Source: Longimicrobiales bacterium (lineage in GTDB: Bacteria; Gemmatimonadota; Gemmatimonadetes; Longimicrobiales; Gaopeijiaceae). Taken from it: a DNA stretch of 64,000 nucleotides. Positions 32,470 through 42,544 of this stretch are shown here, piece by piece (within the stretch, counting starts at the first letter, position 1; every line of letters begins with the position of its first letter). The stretch lies in NCBI GenBank assembly GCA_965226375.1, contig CBDDCX010000007.1:544001-608000 (forward strand), read 5' to 3'. The notes under the pieces are model-generated. The model was not told where the DNA came from. It made no database searches and worked only from the letters and a program-made list of their open reading frames with translations. Both the position numbers and the translations under genes were made by a program.

Positions 32470-35199
32470 ATGCGTCCCAATAGATTGTCGTTCTCCCTCG
32501 TCGCGCTCCTTTTTGTCGTCCTCGCCCTCCCGGCAACGGCCCAGGAAACGGTGACGTCGCCCGAGCAGCAGTTCGGGCATGAAATCGGAGCCGATTATCA
32601 GCTCCCGAACTACACCCAGCTCTACGAATATTGGCAAAAATTGGCCGTGGAGTCGGACCGGATGTCCATCCTCGACATCGGTCTCACTTCGCGGGGTAGA
32701 CCCCAGATCATGGCGATCATCACGTCGCCGGAGAACCGTGCGAACCTCGATCGATATAGAGAAATCTCACGACTCTTGGCCAAGGCCGAGGGGGTCTCCG
32801 AGGAGGAAGCCCAGTTGTTGTCCCAGGAGGGGAAGGCCGTGATCTGGATCGACGGCGGCCTCCACGCCACCGAGGTGCTCGGAGCCCAGCAGCTCATGGA
32901 GTTGGTGTACCGTATGGTGAGCCGCTCCGACGCGGAGACGCTGCGGATTCTGGACGATGTGATTCTACTGGCGGTTCACGCGAACCCTGACGGCATGGAG
33001 CTCGTGTCCGACTGGTATATGCGCGAGGGCGATCCGCTGAAGCGGAGTACTGGGGGTGTCCCCGTGCTCTACAATGAATACGCGGGCCATGACAACAACA
33101 GGGACTTCTACATGTCGGCGCTTTCTGAGAGCACCAACATGAATCGGGTGATGTACCGGGAGTGGTATCCGCAGATCGTGTACAACCATCACCAAACGGG
33201 TCCGTCCGGTACCGTCATGTTTGCGCCTCCTTTCCGCGACCCGCCCAATCACAACCTCGATCCGCTCATCATCACCGGACTGGACGGTGTTGGAGCGGCC
33301 ATGCACGGTCGCTTTGTCCGAGAGGGGAAGGGGGGAACCACCATGCGTTCCGGTGCGAGCTACTCCACCTGGTGGAATGGCGGACTGCGCACCACTCCGT
33401 ACTTCAAGAACATGGTCGGCCTACTCACTGAGACCATTGGCAATCCGACTCCGATCGAGATTCCGTTCAGGCCGGACCGGCAACTACCGCACGGTGATCT
33501 CCCGTTGCCCATCGAACCCGGTGTCTGGCACTTCCGCCAATCGATCGAATACTCGCAGACAGCGAACTGGGCGGTTCTCGATTATGCCTCGCGAAATCGC
33601 GACCATCTGCTCTACAGCATCTGGCGGATGGGTATGAACTCCATCGATCGTGGTGGCCGTGACACATGGACGGTGCTCCCGTTCGAGGTCGAGGCTGCGG
33701 CCGAAAACCTCGGTGGCCGCGAGACCGGGTCCGCCGACGAGTTCCAGGCGATGCTGCGGCCTCGTGAAGGACGCGATCCTCGGGGGTTCATTTTGCCGTC
33801 GGATCAACCCGACTTCGCCACCGCCACCAAGTTCGTGAACACGCTGCTCAAGAACGGAGTGGATGTTCACAAGGCCACGGCGGCGTTTACCATAGGCGGT
33901 ACCCGCTATGCCTCGGGCTCCTATGTGGTGAAGACGGAGCAGGCCTTCAGACCCCATGTAATGGACATGTTCGAGCCCCAACAGCACCCCAATGATTTTG
34001 CATATCCGGGTGGCCCCCCGACGCCTCCGTACGACAACGCCGGGTGGACGTTGGCTTACCAGATGGGCATCGAGTTCGATCGAATCCTGGACGGCTTCGA
34101 CGGGCCCTTCGAGATGATCGAAGGACTCGCCGAGGTGCCGTCGGGAGAGGTGGCGGTCGCGGCATCGGCGGCCGGCTACGCGTTCGACCATCGCAACAAC
34201 AACTCCTTCCTGGTCCTGAACCGGCTTCTCGCTCAGGGGAGTGACGTGTATTGGCTCCTAGAGACGCCCGGAGGCACGGACCTTACGGAGGGGGCGTTCT
34301 ACGTACCTGGCGGCCAGGTAGACCGCGACGCACTGCAGGCCCTGGCGGCCGAGACGGGCGTGAGCTTTCAGGCGATCGGCGCGCCCATGGGAGGAACCCT
34401 CAAGATGCGGCGGCCGAGGGTCGGCCTTTGGGACCGCTACGGGGGCTCTATGTCGTCGGGCTGGACGCGCATGATCATGGAGGATTTCGGCTTCGACTTC
34501 GAGGTCGTGTATCCTCCTGAGCTGCCCGAGGGAAACCTGCGTGATCGGTTCGACGTGTTGGTCTTCGAGGACGGGGCGATTCCTTCGCCTAGTGGCGGCG
34601 CTCCGAGTTTTGGGGGAGGCCGTTCACCGCTGGACCCGGCGACCATCCCCGAGGATCTTCGCGGTCGAATAGGGTCTGTCACAGCCGACGGAACCGTGCC
34701 TGAAATCTTGGAGTTCGCCCGGGCTGGCGGCACGGTCATCGCCATCGGAAGTTCCTCGGTGCTGGGGTATTACGCGGGTCTTCCAATGAGTGACCACCTG
34801 GTCGACAATGGCCGACCCCTCACGGGGGAGCAGTACTACACACCCGGATCCGTGCACTCGCTCAAGGTCGAGCACGTGAGCCCGCTCACTCATGGGCTCG
34901 GGGAGCGCCTCGACGTACTCATCAGCCACAGTCCTCTCTTCCAGCTCGACGCCGGGTGGGAACGACAAGGCATCAAACGGATTGGTTGGTTCGATACCGA
35001 CCGGCCGCTGAGGAGTGGGTGGGCCTGGGGCCAGGAGCGCATGCAAAACGGCACGGCTTTGATCGAAGCACCGCTTGGCGAAGGAAAACTCTTCCTCTTC
35101 TCGCCCAGGATCACGTTCCGCTCACAATCCCACGCCGCGTTTCCGCTGCTGTTCAACGGAATTTTTTACGGTTCGGCTCAGGAGGGGCCGATCCTCTGA
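32470..35199 (+). CDS. Secreted M14 zinc carboxypeptidase
   Basis: GLHATE, NPDG, HDNNRD, YNHHQ motifs; signal peptide. Confidence 0.88.
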   Translation: MRPNRLSFSLVALLFVVLALPATAQETVTSPEQQFGHEIGADYQLPNYTQLYEYWQKLAVESDRMSILDIGLTSRGRPQIMAIITSPENRANLDRYREISRLLAKAEGVSEEEAQLLSQEGKAVIWIDGGLHATEVLGAQQLMELVYRMVSRSDAETLRILDDVILLAVHANPDGMELVSDWYMREGDPLKRSTGGVPVLYNEYAGHDNNRDFYMSALSESTNMNRVMYREWYPQIVYNHHQTGPSGTVMFAPPFRDPPNHNLDPLIITGLDGVGAAMHGRFVREGKGGTTMRSGASYSTWWNGGLRTTPYFKNMVGLLTETIGNPTPIEIPFRPDRQLPHGDLPLPIEPGVWHFRQSIEYSQTANWAVLDYASRNRDHLLYSIWRMGMNSIDRGGRDTWTVLPFEVEAAAENLGGRETGSADEFQAMLRPREGRDPRGFILPSDQPDFATATKFVNTLLKNGVDVHKATAAFTIGGTRYASGSYVVKTEQAFRPHVMDMFEPQQHPNDFAYPGGPPTPPYDNAGWTLAYQMGIEFDRILDGFDGPFEMIEGLAEVPSGEVAVAASAAGYAFDHRNNNSFLVLNRLLAQGSDVYWLLETPGGTDLTEGAFYVPGGQVDRDALQALAAETGVSFQAIGAPMGGTLKMRRPRVGLWDRYGGSMSSGWTRMIMEDFGFDFEVVYPPELPEGNLRDRFDVLVFEDGAIPSPSGGAPSFGGGRSPLDPATIPEDLRGRIGSVTADGTVPEILEFARAGGTVIAIGSSSVLGYYAGLPMSDHLVDNGRPLTGEQYYTPGSVHSLKVEHVSPLTHGLGERLDVLISHSPLFQLDAGWERQGIKRIGWFDTDRPLRSGWAWGQERMQNGTALIEAPLGEGKLFLFSPRITFRSQSHAAFPLLFNGIFYGSAQEGPIL

Positions 35200-35398
35200 C
35201 CCAGAGAAATCCGGGTCTGGCCGGGCTTAACTGAAACCGATTGGGCGGCGTCCGAGTTATTGAGGTGATCGCCTGTCGTATGGGTATTACCGGCCCATGG
35301 GGCGTTGGGTTGGAACCTGCCGCCGATAGGTCGATACAACTAGATAGGTCGACCTCGTTACTGAGCGCGGACCGGCCTCCGCAGTCCCGGAGAGTCAT

Positions 35399-36478
35399 GT
35401 GACTAGGAACATCGGCAAGGCCCTGATGCTCGCCCTGATAGTGTCCGGCGTTTGGGCGGCCGAGTCTTCGGCCCAGATCAGGGGCGTCGTCACGTCGAGT
35501 GGCGGAATTCCGCTCGAGGGCGTGGCCATCGAGGTCTGGACCGCCAATCGGCGGATTGCGGCACGTCTGACGGACTCCAACGGGCGTTTCTTTTTACCTG
35601 AGAGCATCGCGTTCCAGGCCGTGACCCTGCAGATAGGCGGACTGGGGTTCAAGACTCTGAACGTCGTGGTCGAGGACGGCGTCGACGACTATGCCGTCCA
35701 ACTCGACGTAGAGCCCCTGATGCTCGAAGGGCTCTTGGTGACGACTGAAGAAGGCACCTGTGAGACGGGGCGTGACGATGCCAGGGCCCGGCAGCTGTGG
35801 CAGCTCGCCCGGCTACGGTACGGGGGCCTCATGGACACGCTCGGTGTGGCGACGTATCTGGCAGAAGCCGACACGATCGTACCGCTCTCCGACCTCGGTC
35901 CCTTGGATCTGCCTGCGCTCGCACTGAGTCAGCGCGGATCATCGTCGCTCCTTCGTTTCAGTTGGAGCCGGCGCATCGAGCGGGACGGCTATGCGTTCAA
36001 GGTTCGACGGACCGACGGAGCCCGCCCCTACGACTCGTGGGTGTATGCACCCCTGGATGCGGATTTCGCTCCCCACTTTGTCGACGATCTCTTCGGCGAG
36101 CGGCATCGGATGGTGGTCGAGCACGAAGGCCCCGAAGGTTGGACGCTGGCCTACTGTCCCAAGAAGGACAACAAGCCCAGCATCAAGGGAACCATCGCCC
36201 TGGCCAGGGACACGACGTTCAAGTCGATCGAGTGGCTGTTCGAGACCCCCGATCCGGTAGAACATGCCGGTGGGCGCGCCGTTTTCCCACCGCCGCTTTC
36301 CAATCGCCCACGGGTGTACCTGCTCCCGAGTGAAGCCATCGTCTGGCGTGAGGTGCCAGGCGGTGAATACCTACAGCGTTATCAACGATTCGAAGATTGG
36401 CTCGTGGCTCCGGGTGACTCGGTGCCGGCCCTTCCGTTGCGCCGCAGCGATGGGCCAGGCGGCTCTCGCAGGAACTGA
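35399..36478 (+). CDS. Secreted protein with carboxypeptidase-regulatory-like N-domain
   Basis: Signal peptide, IRGVV...PLEGVAI...TDSNGRF. Confidence 0.7.
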   Translation: MTRNIGKALMLALIVSGVWAAESSAQIRGVVTSSGGIPLEGVAIEVWTANRRIAARLTDSNGRFFLPESIAFQAVTLQIGGLGFKTLNVVVEDGVDDYAVQLDVEPLMLEGLLVTTEEGTCETGRDDARARQLWQLARLRYGGLMDTLGVATYLAEADTIVPLSDLGPLDLPALALSQRGSSSLLRFSWSRRIERDGYAFKVRRTDGARPYDSWVYAPLDADFAPHFVDDLFGERHRMVVEHEGPEGWTLAYCPKKDNKPSIKGTIALARDTTFKSIEWLFETPDPVEHAGGRAVFPPPLSNRPRVYLLPSEAIVWREVPGGEYLQRYQRFEDWLVAPGDSVPALPLRRSDGPGGSRRN

Positions 36479-36501
36479 CCAACCACCTCCGACATGAGGC
36501 C

Positions 36502-37398
36502 TCAGGGCACCGGCTCCATGCGCACCGGTGCCATGCGATCGGTTTGTCCGGTGTCCATCGGAGGAGGAGCGTCGGGGCACTCCGCGTCGGACAGAGGCCC
36601 CGTGGTATGCAGGTCGAGATATGTGGCGGTGGCATAGGAAGTGAATCCCGGGACACCTTTGACCACGTCACTGTCTACCACGTGCGGAAACTCGACGAAG
36701 GCCGAGTACGGTTGGCCTGCGCTGAGCCGCTCCGCCTCCACCGTTATGTGCTCGGTCCGATACGTGGTATAGGGCCCTTGAAACGGCAGTCCCGTGTGGA
36801 AGAGCCGTTCACCTCGGCAGTCGGCCACCACCACGAAAATCATGTCGTCCACGATGCCTCGTGGATCGGCCCGTCCGTTGGAATAAGCGCTCCAACGGAC
36901 GATGAGGTCCTGATCGGGATCCACTGCCATCGGCGACACCTGGTGACCGGCCTGCTCCAGGGAGATCGTGATAGGAGCGGGAATATCGGTCTGTCCCGAC
37001 GGCCCAGAGAGCGACGTCACGCAGCCGAACGCTGGGTGCGGTCAAGCTGAAGAGATAGGTCCCGTTCGGGTGCGCCCGGTCGACGTCATCCTGTGAATCG
37101 AAGTGGCCCATCTCGATGTAGAAATTCTCCCCCCGGTCCTCGTACTCGAGCGGAGGGTGGTCCGCCCCCGCTCGCTGAAGAACCCTGACTCCAGCGAACC
37201 CTCGGGTAGAAGGAAGACCTCCGAGAAAAAATGGTAGTTGAGCAGGGCCAACTCCCCCACGCTGTCCTGCGCAAAGTTTGACGACTTCACGAGAACGAAA
37301 AAAGAAACGCAATGATAAGTTATGGGCTTGACAACCAGGGAGACCAGGATGACGCCGAGGAGATGCGCCCGGCATATTGCGGCTCGTTGACGTGCCAT
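36502..37398 (-). pseudogene. Hypothetical exported protein split across three frames
   Basis: Protein-like segments in ORFs 37042-37398, 36809-37375 and 36502-37020 follow in succession. Confidence 0.55.
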
Positions 37399-37424
37399 GC
37401 TCTCAGACCGGCCCGCTGAGGTGG

Positions 37425-38297
37425 TCAGTCGCTCAGAGTGCGCTGCAGATACGCCCTCAAACGACGCCAGGCGTCGAGGGCCGGCGCCTCCCTGAGCTCA
37501 GGATTCTCGTCTACACGAAGCCAGAATCCGTGATTAACGGCGTCGTACACGTGCACGTCGTTCTCGACACCCGCGGACCGCAGAGCTTCCACGAACTGGT
37601 TCACGTTGTCGGGCGGAATGCCGCCATCCATCTCGGCAAAGGTCCCGTATACCTCGTGCCGTACCGAGGCCAACACCTCGGGATCGGTCACCAGGCTCCC
37701 GTAGAAGATGGCCGTACCTTCATGCTCTTCGCCGCCCAGGGCGTAGCTCAGAGCGATCCCGCCCCCGAAGCACCAACCCATGGACGCCACGCGTCCGGTC
37801 ACGTCGTCCCGGGACCGAAGAAAACGAGCGGCTGCATCGAGATTGGCGATCGTGCGGTCGAGATCGCCCTGCGCCTCCTGCATGAGAGCGACATTTTCAT
37901 CCCGATTGCTGCCGGTGCGTCCGGAGTAGAGGTCCGCCGCCAAAGCCACATAACCCTCCGCGGCCATGGCGTCGGCCATCTGACGGACACGATCGACGAG
38001 GCCGTTCCACTCGTGGATCAGAATCACGGCCGGGAAGGGGCCCTCACCCTCGGGTACTGCCAGGTAGCCCTGGGCGGCTTCGTCGCCCGCGAAGTAGGCC
38101 ACGGCCTCCCCGGACGGAGGTGCTGCCCGACCCCATATTGCCGAGGGGAGCGTGTCGACCGGTTGTGTGACTGAAGCCGCCGCGCCCGAGGGCTCCTCGG
38201 CCTCGTCGGCCGGAGCGGCGCACGTCGCAAGCAGTACGGTCGCCAGTGCAAGGGACAGCGAAATGACCGTGCCTCGTCGTTGCTCTGTCCGTGTCAT
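37425..38297 (-). CDS. Dienelactone hydrolase family protein (probable lipoprotein)
   Basis: IHEWNGL, GWCFGG, D..I, NHGF. Confidence 0.9.
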   Translation of the reverse strand: MTRTEQRRGTVISLSLALATVLLATCAAPADEAEEPSGAAASVTQPVDTLPSAIWGRAAPPSGEAVAYFAGDEAAQGYLAVPEGEGPFPAVILIHEWNGLVDRVRQMADAMAAEGYVALAADLYSGRTGSNRDENVALMQEAQGDLDRTIANLDAAARFLRSRDDVTGRVASMGWCFGGGIALSYALGGEEHEGTAIFYGSLVTDPEVLASVRHEVYGTFAEMDGGIPPDNVNQFVEALRSAGVENDVHVYDAVNHGFWLRVDENPELREAPALDAWRRLRAYLQRTLSD

Positions 38298-38376
38298 GTC
38301 GGTCTCCTTTGCGGGCTGGGCCCTGCGTAACGGGTCTTATCCAGGCGGCGGGACCCTATAGGCGTTCTGCGTCAGA

Positions 38377-39681
38377 CTAACTGATCGGGGCCAGTCCCGC
38401 CTGTGCGACGAGAATGAGCAGGGCACGTTGGATCCCTCTGGGACCGTTCTCGTTGATGAACCACTCACCGGGTGAATGTCCGCCTCCTCCGTGGCCCCCT
38501 CCGCCGATGGTGATGGCCGGGACACCGAGGGAGATGGGGATGTTCGAATCGGTGGAGGATCGCCCTAGGGCCGGTTCCAGGCCGAGGAGTCGGGTCGCGG
38601 CGACGGCCCTCTGCACCAGTGGAGCATCCTCGGCCACCTCGCCCGAGGGTCGGTCCCCGATCATCGCGATCTCCACGGTAACGGCCGGGCCAGAGCGGCG
38701 GCTCGCGTTCATCTCCGTGACGGCTCGCCGCATGGCTCGGTGGAAGAGCGTGTCGATGACCAAGAGCCGTTCCTGACTCTCCGAGCGCATATCGACCAGC
38801 ATCGACGCCTCGAACGGAATCGAGTTCACCGAAGTGCCGCCGGTGACGACGCCCACGTTGTAGCTCGTCTTGGGACCGCTTCTGGTGTACGGGTCTGCGG
38901 CGAGATCGAAGTAGTGGGTCGCCCGGCCCATTACATGCGCGGGATTCAGTAGGCCGAAGGCGCCCCAGGAGTGTCCTCCGGGGCCCGAAAAAGTGACCCG
39001 GTAACGATGCGACCCCAGGCCCTGATGCGTCACACGCGTGTCACTGAGGCCGTCAACGGCGATGAAGCTGTCGATGGAGGGGCCGCCGGCTCGGAACAGG
39101 TGCTTCATGCCACGCAGATCGCCCAACCCCTCCTCACCTACGGTGCCAACGAACAGAATGTCGGTCTCGGTCTTGATGTCGGCCGCATTCATGGCACGAA
39201 GAATGGCCAACAACGCGGTGATCCCGCGTGTGTCGTCGCCCACGCCGGGGGCGTACAGAGTGTCTCCCCTCATACGGATTGTCACGTCGGTGCCTTCGGG
39301 GAAGACGGTATCGAGGTGGCCCCCGATGGCGACGGCGCCTGCTGCACCGCTCGTCCCGCGTCTCAAGGCGATCACGTTCCCCACGTCGTCCACGTAGACC
39401 GAATCCGCGCCCGCCTCGACCAGCATGTCGCGGAAGGCCAGTCCCCGCGCCTGCTCGGCGAAAGGCGGAGCCGGAATCTCCGTGAGCGTGATCAGGGTGC
39501 GCATGGTCTGGGCGTCGTCCGCTTCGATACCTGTGAGCGCGGCCTGCACGGAGGGGTCGGCGAAGATCGCCTGAAGCTCCTGGGCCGCATTCATCGACTG
39601 CGCCGATAGAGGCTCCGTAGCGAACGATGACGTGAGCGCGGAGGCCGTGAGCAGATAGGCTGTCAGAGAGAGACGAATCAT
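38377..39681 (-). CDS. M20/M25/M40 metallopeptidase
   Basis: HLDTVF, PGVGDD, GEEGLG, GGHSWG, STDSN, HSPGEW. Confidence 0.88.
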   Translation of the reverse strand: MIRLSLTAYLLTASALTSSFATEPLSAQSMNAAQELQAIFADPSVQAALTGIEADDAQTMRTLITLTEIPAPPFAEQARGLAFRDMLVEAGADSVYVDDVGNVIALRRGTSGAAGAVAIGGHLDTVFPEGTDVTIRMRGDTLYAPGVGDDTRGITALLAILRAMNAADIKTETDILFVGTVGEEGLGDLRGMKHLFRAGGPSIDSFIAVDGLSDTRVTHQGLGSHRYRVTFSGPGGHSWGAFGLLNPAHVMGRATHYFDLAADPYTRSGPKTSYNVGVVTGGTSVNSIPFEASMLVDMRSESQERLLVIDTLFHRAMRRAVTEMNASRRSGPAVTVEIAMIGDRPSGEVAEDAPLVQRAVAATRLLGLEPALGRSSTDSNIPISLGVPAITIGGGGHGGGGHSPGEWFINENGPRGIQRALLILVAQAGLAPIS

Positions 39682-39888
39682 GGTATCCGAGGATGGAATC
39701 CAGAGTGTCCGGCACTCTAACGTGCGTCCCGACCCTTGGCGAACACTCCAGGGCGCAACTCCTTGATTTTCAACCGAAAATCACCGAACCTTTTGCGCCT
39801 CTTGCTCGACCGGCAACCGTCCCTCATTCTGACATTTTGGAGCTCCGTGAGCCAAGAATTTTCTCTGGTTCCCCGCACCCTAGGTACA

Positions 39889-40662
39889 GTGACCGGGATG
39901 CTGGCGGGCTTGGGTCGCACCTCCAGATCCGTGGCCGAGCATTCGGGTCAGCTGGGTCTCCTCGTCTGGAGCATGGGCGTTGCCGTCGCCCGCCTCCGCG
40001 TATCGGCGCGTGATGTTCTGCGCCACATCCACATCATCGGAATCCAGAGCGTCCCGATCGTCCTGGTGGCGGCAGGGCTGATTGGAGTCGTTACCAGCCA
40101 GCAGGGCGGATATCAGATGCAGAGCAATCTGCCTTTGTACATCATGGGTTCCGTGGTCGTGGAGAGCGTGATTCTCGAGATGGGGCCCGTTCTCACCGCC
40201 ATCGTCATTGTGGGCCGGGTGGGTGCACGGATCACCGCCGAGTTGGGCACCATGAAGGTTTCGGAACAGATCGATGCACTCTACTCTGTGGGTCGTGACC
40301 CGGTCGAGATCTTGGCGGCCCCGCGGGTTATCGCCCTCATGATCTCCATGCCGATCCTGGTCGCCATGGCCAATGTCGTCGGAATCCTGACCGGAATGTT
40401 TTCCGCCCAGTTCACTCTCGGGCTGGGCCAGGAGACGTTCTTCTACGGAGCGCGTCTCTTCTGGCATTCCTACGACCTGTTCTACTCGCTCTTGAAGGCG
40501 TTCGTATTTGGGGCTGCGATCCCGATTATCGCCATCCACATGGGCCTAAGAACGTCGGGTGGCGCGGAAGGTGTGGGACGCACCACGACCCAGTCGGTCG
40601 TGTTCATGACCCTGACGATCCTGATCATCGACGCCATGTTCCCTCCACTCTTCCTTCAGTAG
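39889..40662 (+). CDS. mlaE: MlaE-family ABC permease
   Basis: EMGPVLTA...GRVGARITAELGTMKVSEQIDAL, GAEGVGRTTT; start approximate. Confidence 0.88.
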   Translation: MTGMLAGLGRTSRSVAEHSGQLGLLVWSMGVAVARLRVSARDVLRHIHIIGIQSVPIVLVAAGLIGVVTSQQGGYQMQSNLPLYIMGSVVVESVILEMGPVLTAIVIVGRVGARITAELGTMKVSEQIDALYSVGRDPVEILAAPRVIALMISMPILVAMANVVGILTGMFSAQFTLGLGQETFFYGARLFWHSYDLFYSLLKAFVFGAAIPIIAIHMGLRTSGGAEGVGRTTTQSVVFMTLTILIIDAMFPPLFLQ

Positions 40663-40671
40663 GGGGCCGGA

Positions 40672-41469
40672 GTGCCACCACAGGAAAACGGATCGGGGCC
40701 GGTCATCGAGTACAGGAACGTGTTCAAGGCGTTTGACGCCCCGGTCCTCTCGGGAGTGAGCCTTTCGGTGCAGAAAGGTGAGATGTTCGCCCTCTTCGGA
40801 CCGTCCGGTACCGGAAAGAGCGTGCTCCTAAAGACCACGATGGCGCTGATCACACCCGATCGGGGTGACGTGCGCGTGACCGGTGAGTCGGTCTTCTTCG
40901 GTGATCGAAGGTCGGTGGAACGTATCCGCGAAAAAATCGGATACGTGTTTCAGTATGCAGCTCTCTTCGATTCGCTCACCGTCTTCGAGAATATCGAAAT
41001 GGGAATTTCGGAAGAAAAGCTTCGGGCGATGAGCGCAGCGGACGTGAGGCGTCGGGCCTGGGAATCTCTGGAATTAGTGAAGCTCGACCCGGCTCAGGTA
41101 ATGGGAAAACTTCCCGCGGAGCTGTCCGGCGGGATGAAGAAGCGTGTAGGGATCGCCAGAGCCATTGCGGGCCGCCCTGAGATTCTCCTGTGGGACGAGC
41201 CGACCACCGGACTCGATCCCGTGAACACGGCGGCTATCGAGAGGCTCATCACCCGCCTCTCGAATGAACTCCACACGACGTCGCTGCTTGTCACGCACGA
41301 CATCGAGGGTGGACTCGACATGTGTGATCGCGTCGCGATGCTCGAAGGTGGACAGCTTCGCTTTTGCGGCACGCCCCAGGCGTTTCGAGCCAGCGATGAT
41401 CGGGTAGTGAAGGCGTTTAGTGATCGAGCCGCCGCGACGGCGGCTCTGGACACGTTGGTAGTCAGTTAG
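40672..41469 (+). CDS. mlaF: MlaF-family ABC ATPase
   Basis: GPSGTGKS, FQYAALFDS, LSGGMKKRV, DEPTTGLDP. Confidence 0.9.
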   Translation: MPPQENGSGPVIEYRNVFKAFDAPVLSGVSLSVQKGEMFALFGPSGTGKSVLLKTTMALITPDRGDVRVTGESVFFGDRRSVERIREKIGYVFQYAALFDSLTVFENIEMGISEEKLRAMSAADVRRRAWESLELVKLDPAQVMGKLPAELSGGMKKRVGIARAIAGRPEILLWDEPTTGLDPVNTAAIERLITRLSNELHTTSLLVTHDIEGGLDMCDRVAMLEGGQLRFCGTPQAFRASDDRVVKAFSDRAAATAALDTLVVS

Positions 41470-41485
41470 CATACGGGAGTATCCA

Positions 41486-42436
41486 TTGGAGACACAGAAC
41501 CACCAAGGCCCTACGGACCAGGAACTCGAACAGGCCATCCCGCGGCAGGCAGGCCGGCGGGACGTCCGGATCGGCTTATTCGTGCTCGTGGGGTTTGCTG
41601 CAACGGTCTACTTGCTCTTTCTCCTGACGGATCCGGCGACCTTCCGAGGCAGGTACAAGGTCACGACCACCGTCGAGAACGTCATGGGGCTCCGAAAGGG
41701 AGATCCCGTCCAGATGCGGGGCGTGAACATTGGGCGAGTTCACGACTTCAACTTGGCGCGCGACGCGCAAGGCGTCGTCGTGGTTCTCGAGGTAGAGGGC
41801 CAGTGGAGCATCCCGGTGGGCTCGGTTACGGAGCTCGTCAGCCCGGGTCTCATGTCTCCCAAGACGGTCATGGTCATACCGGGACCGGGACCGGGTGCGA
41901 TCGCCGCCGGCGCTTCTCTCCCGGGAACGGCAATGAAGGGTCTCCTGGACGACACGGAGAGCTTGGGATCCAAGGGGGAGTTGTTCCTCGATCAGGTGAC
42001 GGCACTCTTGTCGGATTCGACCATCGCGGCGGTGGGAGGAAGCGCGCAGGATCTCCGGATAATCCTGAACGAACTCGCCGACGTCGTGGGATCGCAGAGT
42101 GACGAGCTCGAGAATCTCATCACCTCGTTGAACCGTGCCACCGACGGATTAGCCGATGCCACCGGGCCCGAGCTCAGAGACGACATCGCGAGTACGGTGT
42201 CGAGGGCCGATTCGCTCATGGGGAGCCTGAACGCGACCTCGGCGCGCTTCGATCGTGCTGCCGCCTCGTTGGAAACCGTGCTCGGTCGCATGGAGCGGGG
42301 TGAAGGCACGCTGGGCCAGCTCTCGGTCAACGACTCGCTCTACGTGAGCCTGAACGCGGCAGCGGCCAGTATGCGCCTTTTGGTAGACGACCTGCGAGCC
42401 AACCCGGGGCGGTACATCAACCTCTCGATCTTCTAG
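41486..42436 (+). CDS. mlaD: MlaD/MCE-family protein
   Basis: TM anchor, GL.KGDPV.MRGV.IGRV MCE motif, helical tail GEGTLG.L. Confidence 0.88.
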   Translation: METQNHQGPTDQELEQAIPRQAGRRDVRIGLFVLVGFAATVYLLFLLTDPATFRGRYKVTTTVENVMGLRKGDPVQMRGVNIGRVHDFNLARDAQGVVVVLEVEGQWSIPVGSVTELVSPGLMSPKTVMVIPGPGPGAIAAGASLPGTAMKGLLDDTESLGSKGELFLDQVTALLSDSTIAAVGGSAQDLRIILNELADVVGSQSDELENLITSLNRATDGLADATGPELRDDIASTVSRADSLMGSLNATSARFDRAAASLETVLGRMERGEGTLGQLSVNDSLYVSLNAAAASMRLLVDDLRANPGRYINLSIF

Positions 42437-42440
42437 CCTC

Positions 42441-42511
42441 GGTGGGCCGCTTTGTGCGGCCCACCTGATCGCACAAGAGGCCGGACTCCAGATGGAGCCC
42501 GGGCCTCTTTC
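42441..42511. terminator. Two hairpins between convergent genes
   Basis: GGTGGGCCGC...GCGGCCCACC and AAGAGGCC...GGCCTCTTT. Confidence 0.55.
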
Positions 42512-42544
42512 GATAGGGGGGCGGGGTCGGCTCGTCAGCGGCGG